From Alphaproteobacteria bacterium (GTDB taxonomy: Bacteria > Pseudomonadota > Alphaproteobacteria > MPNO01 > UBA2964): a stretch of DNA of 64,000 nucleotides. Within the stretch, counting starts at the first letter, position 1. Every line of letters begins with the position of its first letter. The notes beneath the pieces are model-generated. The model was not told the origin of the DNA. It saw nothing but the letters and a program-made list of their open reading frames with translations, and did not search any database. The stretch lies in contig JBMYRG010000018.1 in assembly GCA_049602055.1 (NCBI GenBank), positions 2,089 to 66,088 of the forward strand, given 5' to 3'. The position numbers and the translations under genes were made by a program. Below, piece by piece: positions 1-8,493 of the stretch.

Positions 1-1039
1 CCTGGCAGGCGCGACGCTGCAAATGCCGGCAGGAATGTTGGTAGATCGTATCGGTGCCAAGCGGGTGTTGTTTGTTGGCATGTTTATTTTGTCCAGCGCA
101 ATCACGCTCGCTGGGCTGACGGAATCCTATTGGGCCCTGCTTATTCTGTTTATGATCGCTGGTGCCGGGAATTGTGTTTTTCATCCCTGCGATTATGTGA
201 TCATGTCCTCTTCTATCAGCGAAGATAAGCTCGGTCGGGCCTTCAGTATCCACAGCTTTAGTGGTTCAGCCGGGTTCTTTGCGGTGCCGCTGTTGATGCC
301 GTTCCTCGAAGGTCTAACCGATTGGCGGACGGCATTGTTTATTGCAGGTGTCTGCGGGCTTGTGGTCGCGGGTGTGATCCTGCTGCTTCAGAGTGTCCTG
401 ATTGATACCGCCTCCCGTAAAAAGAAAGAGTCCGGGCAGCTCCGCCGGACCAAGGATGCACTTCTCTCGCGGCGTATCCTGTCTCATTTCGTGTATTTTA
501 TTACATCATCGGCGGCGACCAGTGCTCTGGCGGGCCTCACAATTGTTGTCCTGGTGGCCCATTATGGCGTCACCAAGAGCCTCGCTGGGTTTGTCTTGCT
601 GGCCTATTTGATTGCGGCTTCGGTGGGCGTCATCGCTGGCGGCATTATTGCTGACAAAACCAAACGTCATGACCTGGTTCTTATCGCGACCATGCTGGTT
701 GCCGCGGTCGCCACAGCGATTGCCGCTACCGGATTGGTGACGTTCTGGGTCTGTGTCGTGATGCTGGTCATCGCGGGGATAACCAAGGGCGTTGTCGCAC
801 CATCGCGGGACTTGATGGTTCGGAATGATGCGCCGACAGGGTTGCTGGGTGGTGTTGTCGCCTTTGTGACCATTGGGTTCACAATTGGAAATGGTGCGGC
901 CCCTGCCGTTGCCGGCTGGCTGGTCGATATTGGGTCACCACTGAATGTGTTCTGGTTCGCCGCTGGCATGGCTTTTGTTTCAATCGCCTGCGTTCTTGTA
1001 GCACGCCAGGACGCACCTGGTCCGGTAGGACAGAAATAG
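1..1039 (+). CDS. MFS transporter (5' end cut by window edge)
   Basis: Frame 2 is open from nt 2; the first Met is at 23. Hydrophobic multi-TM profile. The motif AGAGNCVFHPCDY...LGRAFSIHSFSG is shared with the two MFS genes at 6053-8493. Confidence 0.8.
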   Translation, partial: LAGATLQMPAGMLVDRIGAKRVLFVGMFILSSAITLAGLTESYWALLILFMIAGAGNCVFHPCDYVIMSSSISEDKLGRAFSIHSFSGSAGFFAVPLLMPFLEGLTDWRTALFIAGVCGLVVAGVILLLQSVLIDTASRKKKESGQLRRTKDALLSRRILSHFVYFITSSAATSALAGLTIVVLVAHYGVTKSLAGFVLLAYLIAASVGVIAGGIIADKTKRHDLVLIATMLVAAVATAIAATGLVTFWVCVVMLVIAGITKGVVAPSRDLMVRNDAPTGLLGGVVAFVTIGFTIGNGAAPAVAGWLVDIGSPLNVFWFAAGMAFVSIACVLVARQDAPGPVGQK

Positions 1040-1112
1040 CATCTTGAGATTGTCGATTCGATGAAGTCTGCAGTATCTAAACATCATCGCTTGGCGTTGA
1101 AGGCAGGCTCTG

Positions 1113-2024
1113 ATGGATTCCTATTACATGAATGATCTCGATATTCCCTGGCGCCGGGCTGTCGTTTCGGTTGATCAATTCTCCAGAGCCGATATTGACG
1201 AGATATTTGCCCTCGCGGCCCGGCTGGCAGTGGGACGCACCATGCCGCTGACCGGTAAATCCATCGTCAATCTGTTTTATGAGCCTTCAACCCGGACATC
1301 ATCGAGCTTTTATGCGGCGATGACGCGCCTTGGCGGCAGCGTTATTCCAATCAATGAAGTTAATTACTCGTCGGTGACCAAGGGTGAATCCCTTGAGGAT
1401 ACGATCCGCACGCTGGAATGTTATGCTGATGCGCTGGTGCTGCGGCATTACGATGAAGATGCGACGGAGCGTGCAGTCTCAGTGGCCTCCGTGCCGATTA
1501 TCAATGCCGGTAATGGGGCAGGAGAGCACCCTACCCAGGCTTTGCTCGATCTCTACACCATTTCAAAAGAACGCGGCGGCATTGATGGGCTGACGATCAC
1601 CTTGATGGGCGATCTCAAACATGGCCGGACCGTCCACAGTCTGGTCAAGCTGCTGCGGATGTATGACGTTAAGTTGAATTTTGTCTCTCCAAAGGAACTC
1701 AGCCTGCCACCTGACTATCTCTTGCCGGGCGATAACGAATATTTGGATCTCGACCCGATCATCGAAGGCACCGACATTCTTTACGTCACCCGGGTTCAAC
1801 GGGAGCGGCTGGCTGATACCAATGTCATCGATTTCTCTTATGCCGTTACCCGCGAAGATATGGATCGGGCCAAGGTCAACCTGGTGCTGATGCATCCTTT
1901 GCCGCGCGTTGGCGAAATTCCACCCGAACTTGATACCGATCCCCGGGCCGCCTATTTCCGGCAGATGAAATACGGGCTGCATGTGAGAATGGCGCTCCTG
2001 GTGTCGATGATCGGACGGGATTGA
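1113..2024 (+). CDS. pyrB: aspartate carbamoyltransferase catalytic chain (ATCase family)
   Basis: STRT motif (FYEPSTRTSSSF), HPTQALLD, GDLKHGRTVHS, TRVQRER and HPLPR motifs, aligning along the E. coli PyrB catalytic chain. The second Arg of the STRTR motif is Ser here. No pyrI or pyrC' is adjacent. Confidence 0.6.
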   Translation: MDSYYMNDLDIPWRRAVVSVDQFSRADIDEIFALAARLAVGRTMPLTGKSIVNLFYEPSTRTSSSFYAAMTRLGGSVIPINEVNYSSVTKGESLEDTIRTLECYADALVLRHYDEDATERAVSVASVPIINAGNGAGEHPTQALLDLYTISKERGGIDGLTITLMGDLKHGRTVHSLVKLLRMYDVKLNFVSPKELSLPPDYLLPGDNEYLDLDPIIEGTDILYVTRVQRERLADTNVIDFSYAVTREDMDRAKVNLVLMHPLPRVGEIPPELDTDPRAAYFRQMKYGLHVRMALLVSMIGRD

Positions 2025-2040
2025 TCCTGTCGCCGCTGCG

Positions 2041-2829
2041 ATGAAACTTCATTTTAATGACTTTGGTGATGCCACCGCGAGTGGCCCGGCTATTGTCATC
2101 CTGCACGGTCTGTTTGGCTCGGGCCGTAACTGGGCCAGCTTTGCCAAACATTTCTCGAAGACCCATCGCGTTCTGACAGTTGATCTTCGCAATCATGGGT
2201 CTTCGCCATGGGATGATGAGATGACCTATCCGGCTATGGCGGAAGACGTGCTCGAATTGATCGCGACAGAAGGGTTGGAGAAGCCCGTTCTGCTCGGGCA
2301 TTCGATGGGAGGGAAGGTCGCGATGACCACGGCGTTATCGCAGCCAGACGTGCTTGCCGGCCTGATCCTGGCGGATATTGCGCCGGTCTCCTACAGCCAC
2401 AGTCATGCGCATCTGGTGACGTTAATGCTAGCGCTGGATATTGCCAGCTACACGCGCCGGTCGGAGGCAGATGCCGATCTCGCTCAATCCATTGACGATG
2501 CGAACCTGCGCGGGTTTCTACTGCATAATTTGTTGTTCGAAGAGGGAGACCCGCGCTGGCAGATCAATCTCGAAGTAATTCCGCCAAGCATGCCGGGTTT
2601 GATGGAATTTCCCTTTGCGCCGGGAAGTGGTCAATTTACCGGCCCGGTGGTGGTCATCGCCGGGGGCAAGTCCGATTTCGTGTTACCTGAATATCATGAC
2701 GCTATACGGGCATTCTTCCCGGCGGCAGACATTCGGATGATCGAAGGTGCCGGTCATTGGGTCCATGCGCAAAAGCCGGAAGAGTTTGGACGACACGTCA
2801 CCGAATTTCTCTCCTCCCTTTCCGCATAG
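2041..2829 (+). CDS. alpha/beta-fold hydrolase (esterase YbfF-like)
   Basis: HGLFGSGRNW oxyanion region, GHSMGG nucleophile elbow, C-terminal GAGHW(V)H catalytic His; 262 aa. Confidence 0.75.
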   Translation: MKLHFNDFGDATASGPAIVILHGLFGSGRNWASFAKHFSKTHRVLTVDLRNHGSSPWDDEMTYPAMAEDVLELIATEGLEKPVLLGHSMGGKVAMTTALSQPDVLAGLILADIAPVSYSHSHAHLVTLMLALDIASYTRRSEADADLAQSIDDANLRGFLLHNLLFEEGDPRWQINLEVIPPSMPGLMEFPFAPGSGQFTGPVVVIAGGKSDFVLPEYHDAIRAFFPAADIRMIEGAGHWVHAQKPEEFGRHVTEFLSSLSA

Positions 2830-2830
2830 A

Positions 2831-2858
2831 AAAAGGGCCGCCCAGAGGACGGCCCAAT
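2831..2858 (-). terminator. rho-independent terminator after the TctC gene (shared by convergent genes)
   Basis: GGGCCG-cccagagga-CGGCCC hairpin at 2835-2855; on the minus strand it is followed by a TTTTTCT run. Confidence 0.5.
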
Positions 2859-2878
2859 CTCAAATCGTTCGGGTTAGC

Positions 2879-3919
2879 TTAGGAGCTGGAACCGAAAATG
2901 ATTTTGCGAACCTTCGTCACAACTTCAGGCGATGTATCCTTGATTGCCTTGTTGACGATGGCCTGGATCTGTTCGCCGCTGCTCGGGATCAGACGCAGAC
3001 GTTTGCGCTTGAGTTCCTTGGCGAAATCCTTGTCCTTGTTCATGGCGGCATAAGCAGCACGCATCGTCTTGATGACGTCAGCTTTTACACCAGGAGGCAT
3101 GGCGAGACCGCGACCCAGAGGACCAGCGGAGGCCAGGAAGCCAACCATTGCTTTCTGATCTGCGGAAACGATGTCACCAAGCATTGGGACGTTTGGCAGC
3201 GCCGGATCCTTTTCGTTACCGACCTGAACAATGGCGTTGGCAAAAGGTTTCTTGCCCTGGAACCAATGCGGGACTTTTGAGTCCCATGCCAGCCAGTTAA
3301 AGGCAGCCATCTGGGCTTCACCCTGTTCCATAGCCAGGATTGAGCGCGAAGAACCCTTGTAGCCCGTGACGATGCGTCCTTTAAGACCCAACAAGCCGAT
3401 GACCAGTTTTGGTGTCAGATAGCCGCTGGAGAACTTGCCGCTGGTGGCACCGATCAGGGCGACCTTTTTCATATCTTCGACAGTTTTGACGCCGGTATCA
3501 GCGCGGGCGACAACAATGATGTTGGTCTGGTTGCTTGAACCGAGATAGTTAAACTGATCAGCCTTGTACCGCATCTTCTTAGGGCGAAGCAGCTGGTTGA
3601 TCACGATGTTGTCGAGCGGCACAACCATGTTGAGGCCGTTTTTGGCCATGACATTGGCTGTGAAGTTCATGGCCTTGGCGCCACCGGCACCTGGCATGTG
3701 CTGCAGAATAACAGTCGGCTTGCCAGGAATGTGTTTGCCAATATGGCGAGAGAAGGTGTGACCATACTTATCGTATGTACCACCGGGGCCGTAAGGAATG
3801 ACGATCTTCATCGTCTTGTCTTTAAAATGGGACGCGTCCGCCGCGATTACGGGGGTGGCGCCGAGGCCCAGCGCCGCAACGGCGGCAAGGGGAAGGGCCT
3901 TTTTCATCACTAAATACAT
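2879..3919 (-). CDS. tripartite tricarboxylate transporter substrate-binding protein (TctC/Bug family)
   Basis: Signal peptide MYLVMKKALPLAAVAALGLGATPVIAADA. Bug-family core (PGAGG...). RBS GGGAGG 5 nt upstream of ATG at 3919. No TctA or TctB adjacent. Confidence 0.75.
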   Translation of the reverse strand: MYLVMKKALPLAAVAALGLGATPVIAADASHFKDKTMKIVIPYGPGGTYDKYGHTFSRHIGKHIPGKPTVILQHMPGAGGAKAMNFTANVMAKNGLNMVVPLDNIVINQLLRPKKMRYKADQFNYLGSSNQTNIIVVARADTGVKTVEDMKKVALIGATSGKFSSGYLTPKLVIGLLGLKGRIVTGYKGSSRSILAMEQGEAQMAAFNWLAWDSKVPHWFQGKKPFANAIVQVGNEKDPALPNVPMLGDIVSADQKAMVGFLASAGPLGRGLAMPPGVKADVIKTMRAAYAAMNKDKDFAKELKRKRLRLIPSSGEQIQAIVNKAIKDTSPEVVTKVRKIIFGSSS

Positions 3920-4048
3920 GTTTCCTCCCAAGGAAAATTAATTAACAGCAAACAAACTTAACCACCGAAATGCGGCCAAATTCAGGCAAGACAATAGTTA
4001 GGGTGCCCTGTGAGGGCAAGCCTAGAAATGTCACGAAAAGTTTATGGG

Positions 4049-4438
4049 TTAAGTTATTACAGCTATTGCGTTAATTTCGATTTCGAGCTCCGGTCGGTTG
4101 AGCGCGGCTACCGTTATTAACGTTGATGCGGGGTAGGATTCTTCAGAAAAATATTCTTTGCGAATTTCGACAAATCGCGTGTTGTTTGTGACGTCGGTTA
4201 TAAAGGCGGTCATTGTTACGATATCATCCAGCGTGCCGCCAGCTCCCACCATGGTCGCCGCCAACTTGCGGAAGACGCACCGAACCTGTCCTTCGAAATC
4301 TCCAGCGAGTGAGTTGCCGTCCTCATCCTCCCACGCGAGATGACCGGATAGCCATACCGTCTTGCCGCCTTCGGTGATAACGGCGGGTGAATAAGAGCGC
4401 GACCGTTGATAGGCCGATGACAGGTTGGTGCGTTTCAT
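4049..4438 (-). CDS. RidA family protein (YjgF/TdcF reactive-intermediate deaminase)
   Basis: 129 aa, typical RidA length and the conserved C-terminal ...ITVAALNRPELEIEINAIA segment. Confidence 0.75.
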   Translation of the reverse strand: MKRTNLSSAYQRSRSYSPAVITEGGKTVWLSGHLAWEDEDGNSLAGDFEGQVRCVFRKLAATMVGAGGTLDDIVTMTAFITDVTNNTRFVEIRKEYFSEESYPASTLITVAALNRPELEIEINAIAVIT

Positions 4439-4447
4439 CCGAGCCTC

Positions 4448-4834
4448 TTAGCGCTTGGCGCCATCCCAGCCATGGGTGGAGATATCAAAGACGATGCCGT
4501 TTGGATCGCGGAATTTGACCTCGGCATTTTTGGTGTCTTCCGGACCCGGGTGATATTTGCCGCCATGGTTCTCGACGTCAGTGATGGCCGTGTCGGCATC
4601 ATCAACCCAAAACCCAAAGTGATGAACCCCGACAAAATCTTTGCCGCGTTCGTCTCCGGCATCTTCCTGGGTCTGAAATTGCAGGAGGGTCAGATTCATC
4701 ACCCCATCCGTGAGTCGGGTAGCGACCCGTGATTCCGATACCCGTTCGAGACCAAACGTGTCCTCATAGAATTTGGCGGCGGCATCCTTGTCTGGTACCG
4801 AAATTGCAATATGTCTAAGCTGTCCCTTGGCCAT
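4448..4834 (-). CDS. VOC family protein (glyoxalase/bleomycin-resistance/dioxygenase fold)
   Basis: 128 aa. N-terminal betaalphabetabetabeta module LRHIAISVPDKDAAAKFYEDTFGL. 9 bp upstream of ridA, same strand. Confidence 0.65.
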   Translation of the reverse strand: MAKGQLRHIAISVPDKDAAAKFYEDTFGLERVSESRVATRLTDGVMNLTLLQFQTQEDAGDERGKDFVGVHHFGFWVDDADTAITDVENHGGKYHPGPEDTKNAEVKFRDPNGIVFDISTHGWDGAKR

Positions 4835-4898
4835 ATCAGCCTCCCTATCTGCCTAGCCAATCGTGCCGCGAGTTGGTTGGCGGTGCAAGCGGTTCGGT

Positions 4899-5822
4899 TT
4901 AACCGTCATTGGCGGGTTTGCGAATTTCCGATCCGGCGAAATGTTCGTACCAGCGGACATATTCGATGCTCTGCTTGTCGCTGGTATCGCCAATCCAGGT
5001 ATTCGCTGATTCATAAAGCTGAAACCCGAGCGCGCTGAATGGCACAGGTGTCTGGGTAACCCTGGCGAGCTCCATGGCGATTTTGTAATCCTTGAATTTC
5101 AGATCCCAGGCAAAGCCGCCGCCAAATTTTCGCGAGATGACATGTTGCTTCATGTTGCGTTTGGTTGCGGAGTTCATGCCGGTTGATTCATTGATCACAT
5201 CACACATGACTTCAGGGTCGAGCCCGAACCGCGTGCCAATCATCAACGCTTCTGCCGCCGCCACGGTGTTGAGGCCGCTCAGAAGATTATTGAGCGTCTT
5301 GAGAGCATGACCCGAACCGACATTGCCGGTCCGAAATATATGGCCGGCCATCGGTTCTAGAACTGGTAGGCAGCGTTCAACATCTTCATCTGCGCCGCCG
5401 ATCATCAGTGTAAGTGTGCCGTTATCGGCCCCCAGTGTCCCACCTGATACCGGAGCATCGATCATGTGAATACCGCTTTTGGCGAGTTCTGCGGCGAGCT
5501 CAACCGTCATCCAGGGTTGTGATGAGCTCATATCAATAAGGATATCGCCGTCGGAGAAACCTTCCGCCAGACCATCCGTGCCCAGGGCACAGCCATTAAC
5601 ATCAGGACCGGCCGGTAGCATGGTGATCACCGCATCCGCCGCGGTGGCGACTGCGGCGGCAGATTCTTCGACAACAATATTATTGTGGGCCCGGGCGAAG
5701 TCTCTACAGGCTCCGGCATTGAGATCATAAATGTGGATCGGAATGCCGGTAGCGGCGATATGCGGTATCATGCGCGCGCCCATATTTCCGATCCCGATAA
5801 AACCAAGTGTTTTGATAGTCAT
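4899..5822 (-). CDS. NAD(P)-dependent oxidoreductase, 3-hydroxyisobutyrate / tartronate-semialdehyde reductase family
   Basis: N-terminal Rossmann GFIGIGNMGARM and a 6-phosphogluconate-dehydrogenase-like C-terminal domain. The longer ORF upstream is a spurious extension. Start at MTIKT (5822) with RBS GGAGAG. Confidence 0.75.
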   Translation of the reverse strand: MTIKTLGFIGIGNMGARMIPHIAATGIPIHIYDLNAGACRDFARAHNNIVVEESAAAVATAADAVITMLPAGPDVNGCALGTDGLAEGFSDGDILIDMSSSQPWMTVELAAELAKSGIHMIDAPVSGGTLGADNGTLTLMIGGADEDVERCLPVLEPMAGHIFRTGNVGSGHALKTLNNLLSGLNTVAAAEALMIGTRFGLDPEVMCDVINESTGMNSATKRNMKQHVISRKFGGGFAWDLKFKDYKIAMELARVTQTPVPFSALGFQLYESANTWIGDTSDKQSIEYVRWYEHFAGSEIRKPANDG

Positions 5823-6052
5823 TGTTATCTCTCCCCGATATAGACGGTCTTTGCCGCTTGTTTTTTTGGTTAGCCAGCTTGACTGATTTATTTCTGCTGA
5901 ATTGCTGATCCCGTAGGTCACCATACTCCTGGATTTTGTGCGGGCAAATTGCCGCTTGCCCATTGTCACAAATCAAATCCCGTCCTAATTTGAGGGATTG
6001 CGGTTTCGCCGCCCTATCCGACTCTGATCATCTAATCGACCGGGAGTTCTCA

Positions 6053-7258
6053 ATGGAAGCTGTTGCAGGCTTTCCCAAACGCGAAGTGCAGGCTATCAGC
6101 CTGATTGGTTTTGCCCATATGCTAAGCCATCTCTACTGGATCGCGCTGGCACCACTCGCGCCATCAATGATGGACACGTTTGGCATCAGCGCGCTCGAAT
6201 GGGGCGTGTCTCTCGGTATATTTTCAGTAACAACAGGGCTGTTCCAGACCCCAATGGGCCTGCTCGTTGAGCGGGTCGGGGGACGCCGGGTCTTGATCGG
6301 CGGATTGTTGCTTAACGCGCTGGCGTTTTTTGCGGTCGGCTATCTGGCCTCGTCTTACTGGATGCTGGTTGCCCTGATGGCGATAGCCGGTATCGGCAAC
6401 TCGGTATTCCATCCGGCGGATTACTCACTGCTTGACGCTTCCGTTGAGAACACGCGTATCGGGCGGGCTTTTTCGATCCATAACTTCTCCGGCCAGATCG
6501 GATTTATTATTGGCGCGCCGGTGGCCGGACTATTCCTGTATTTCAGTGATTGGCGCGGCGCAATGATGGCGCTGGGACTGATGGGCATGGCGACAACTTT
6601 ACTGCTCGTCATATTTGGAAGCCGGATTACCGAGGGCACCAGGGTCAAGAAGAAGACCCCGATTGGTGACAGCCTGCGAGATCTGCTGACCTCAAAACCG
6701 GTGATGCTGTTCTTTGCCTTTTATGTTTTTTCCTCGCTTGGCAATTTTGGGGTTACCCAGTTTTCTGTTCTTGCCTTCCAGCCAATGTACGGGCTGGACG
6801 CGGTCGCCGTGGTCAGTGCCCTGACGGCTTATCAGATTGGAACGTTGATTCTTATTCTGCCGGGCGGGATGCTGGCCGATAAGATTGAACGCTATGACAT
6901 CATCATGCTGGCAGGATTTGGTGTCGCCGCGGGCGCAACATTTTTAGTTGGTACCGGCGTAATGCCATTCTGGATGGTAATCGGAACATTGTGTCTGGCG
7001 GGCGCAATGCGGGGGGGCGTTAACGCGACCCGTGATGTCGCCGTCCGCCGTGTGATTGAGCATCTTCCAGTCGGGACGGTGTTCGCCTTTGTCAGCACCG
7101 GCTTTACGGTTGGTCAGGCGATGGGCGGGATGGTGTATGGGTATCTGGTTGATAATTTTGAGCCAAACATTGTGTTCTATGCTTCAGCCGCCTTCACCAT
7201 GATTGGCGCGTCGACGGTCTTGCTGAATACGGGTACCCGTAAGGCAAGATCGACATGA
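6053..7258 (+). CDS. MFS transporter
   Basis: 12-TM-like profile; paralog of the MFS at 1-1039 (AGIGNSVFHPADY...IGRAFSIHNFSG); start ATG 6053 with GGGAG RBS. Confidence 0.8.
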   Translation: MEAVAGFPKREVQAISLIGFAHMLSHLYWIALAPLAPSMMDTFGISALEWGVSLGIFSVTTGLFQTPMGLLVERVGGRRVLIGGLLLNALAFFAVGYLASSYWMLVALMAIAGIGNSVFHPADYSLLDASVENTRIGRAFSIHNFSGQIGFIIGAPVAGLFLYFSDWRGAMMALGLMGMATTLLLVIFGSRITEGTRVKKKTPIGDSLRDLLTSKPVMLFFAFYVFSSLGNFGVTQFSVLAFQPMYGLDAVAVVSALTAYQIGTLILILPGGMLADKIERYDIIMLAGFGVAAGATFLVGTGVMPFWMVIGTLCLAGAMRGGVNATRDVAVRRVIEHLPVGTVFAFVSTGFTVGQAMGGMVYGYLVDNFEPNIVFYASAAFTMIGASTVLLNTGTRKARST

Positions 7259-8493
7259 CCAGTGCTGCTGTGTCCGCCTCTCTCGAACCACGTGAGCATG
7301 GTGCGATCTGGCTCATCGGCGCGGCGCATTTTGTCAGCCATTTTTATCACCTCGCCCTGCCACCCCTCTATTTGTTGGTGACCAAGGATTTGGGGCTGAC
7401 CTGGGTTGAAGTCGGCGTCCCGATGATCCTGTATTTTGTCGCCACGGCGATCGTGCAGGTGCCGATCGGATTGTTGGTCGACAAAATTGGTGCCCGCGTG
7501 GTTCTTGTCGCCGGTCTGGCCCTAATGGGCTTGGCTCTGGCGGCGGCGGGAATGTTGCCGAATTACTATGTGCTACTGGCTGCTTTTTTTGTCGCGGGTA
7601 TTGGTAACGCGGTTTTTCATCCTGCAGATTTTACCATTTTGTCGGCCAGTATTCGCGAGAGCCATCTTGGCCGGGCCTTCGCCTATCACAGCTTTGGTGG
7701 GTCCATCGGCTATGCCTGCGCGCCGTTTGTCATGGTTTTGTTTGGCAATACGTATGGCTGGCAGAACGCCCTCATTTTTGCGGGGATTCTCGGCGTCGCA
7801 ATGGCCGTTATCATCACCCTCTTTGGGGCGTCCCTGCGCGATTATTCCGGAGAGCAGAAGGCACAAAAAGCGAGGGAGAAGGCTGGCGAAGCAAAGCAGG
7901 AACCCGCGAGCTGGCGGGTTATGTTAACCCGACCGATGATTTTGTTCTTTCTGTTTTATGTCGCGACCTCGGCCTCCGGTACTGGCATGACGGCCTATAC
8001 TATTCCCGCCTTACCGCTGGTTTATGATGGCGTTTCAACAGAGCTCGCCGGCACTATCCTGACCTGTTTTCTGATCGCCGCCATTGTCGGGGCTATTCCC
8101 GGTGGCTGGTTGGCGGACTGGGCACGGCTTGAATATCTGGTTGTGGTCGGCTGCTTCCTGATCATGTCGCTGGCCATTGTCTTGATTGGATCGGGTACGC
8201 TTTCGCTCTGGCTTCTTTTTGGAATCATGATTGTCGCTGGCCTGATGCGTGGCCTGTATAATGCGTCGCGTGATGTTCTGGTACGCCGCGCATCGCCGTC
8301 GAGCAGTGTCGGCACCGCCTTTGGCTTTGTCACGCTCGGCTATACGCTGGGGCAGGGTGGCACGCCGATCCTCTATGGCTGGCTGATGGATCATGGTATG
8401 GGCAGTGGCGTGTTTTACGTTTCCGCCGGGGCGGCGTTGCTGGCGATGTTTATCGTGCTGATCCCTGGTCAGGGGCAAAAGCCGGTTAGCTAG
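7255..8493 (+). CDS. MFS transporter
   Basis: Third paralog (AGIGNAVFHPADF...LGRAFAYHSFGG). ATGA overlap with the upstream MFS gene. Confidence 0.8.
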   Translation: MTSAAVSASLEPREHGAIWLIGAAHFVSHFYHLALPPLYLLVTKDLGLTWVEVGVPMILYFVATAIVQVPIGLLVDKIGARVVLVAGLALMGLALAAAGMLPNYYVLLAAFFVAGIGNAVFHPADFTILSASIRESHLGRAFAYHSFGGSIGYACAPFVMVLFGNTYGWQNALIFAGILGVAMAVIITLFGASLRDYSGEQKAQKAREKAGEAKQEPASWRVMLTRPMILFFLFYVATSASGTGMTAYTIPALPLVYDGVSTELAGTILTCFLIAAIVGAIPGGWLADWARLEYLVVVGCFLIMSLAIVLIGSGTLSLWLLFGIMIVAGLMRGLYNASRDVLVRRASPSSSVGTAFGFVTLGYTLGQGGTPILYGWLMDHGMGSGVFYVSAGAALLAMFIVLIPGQGQKPVS

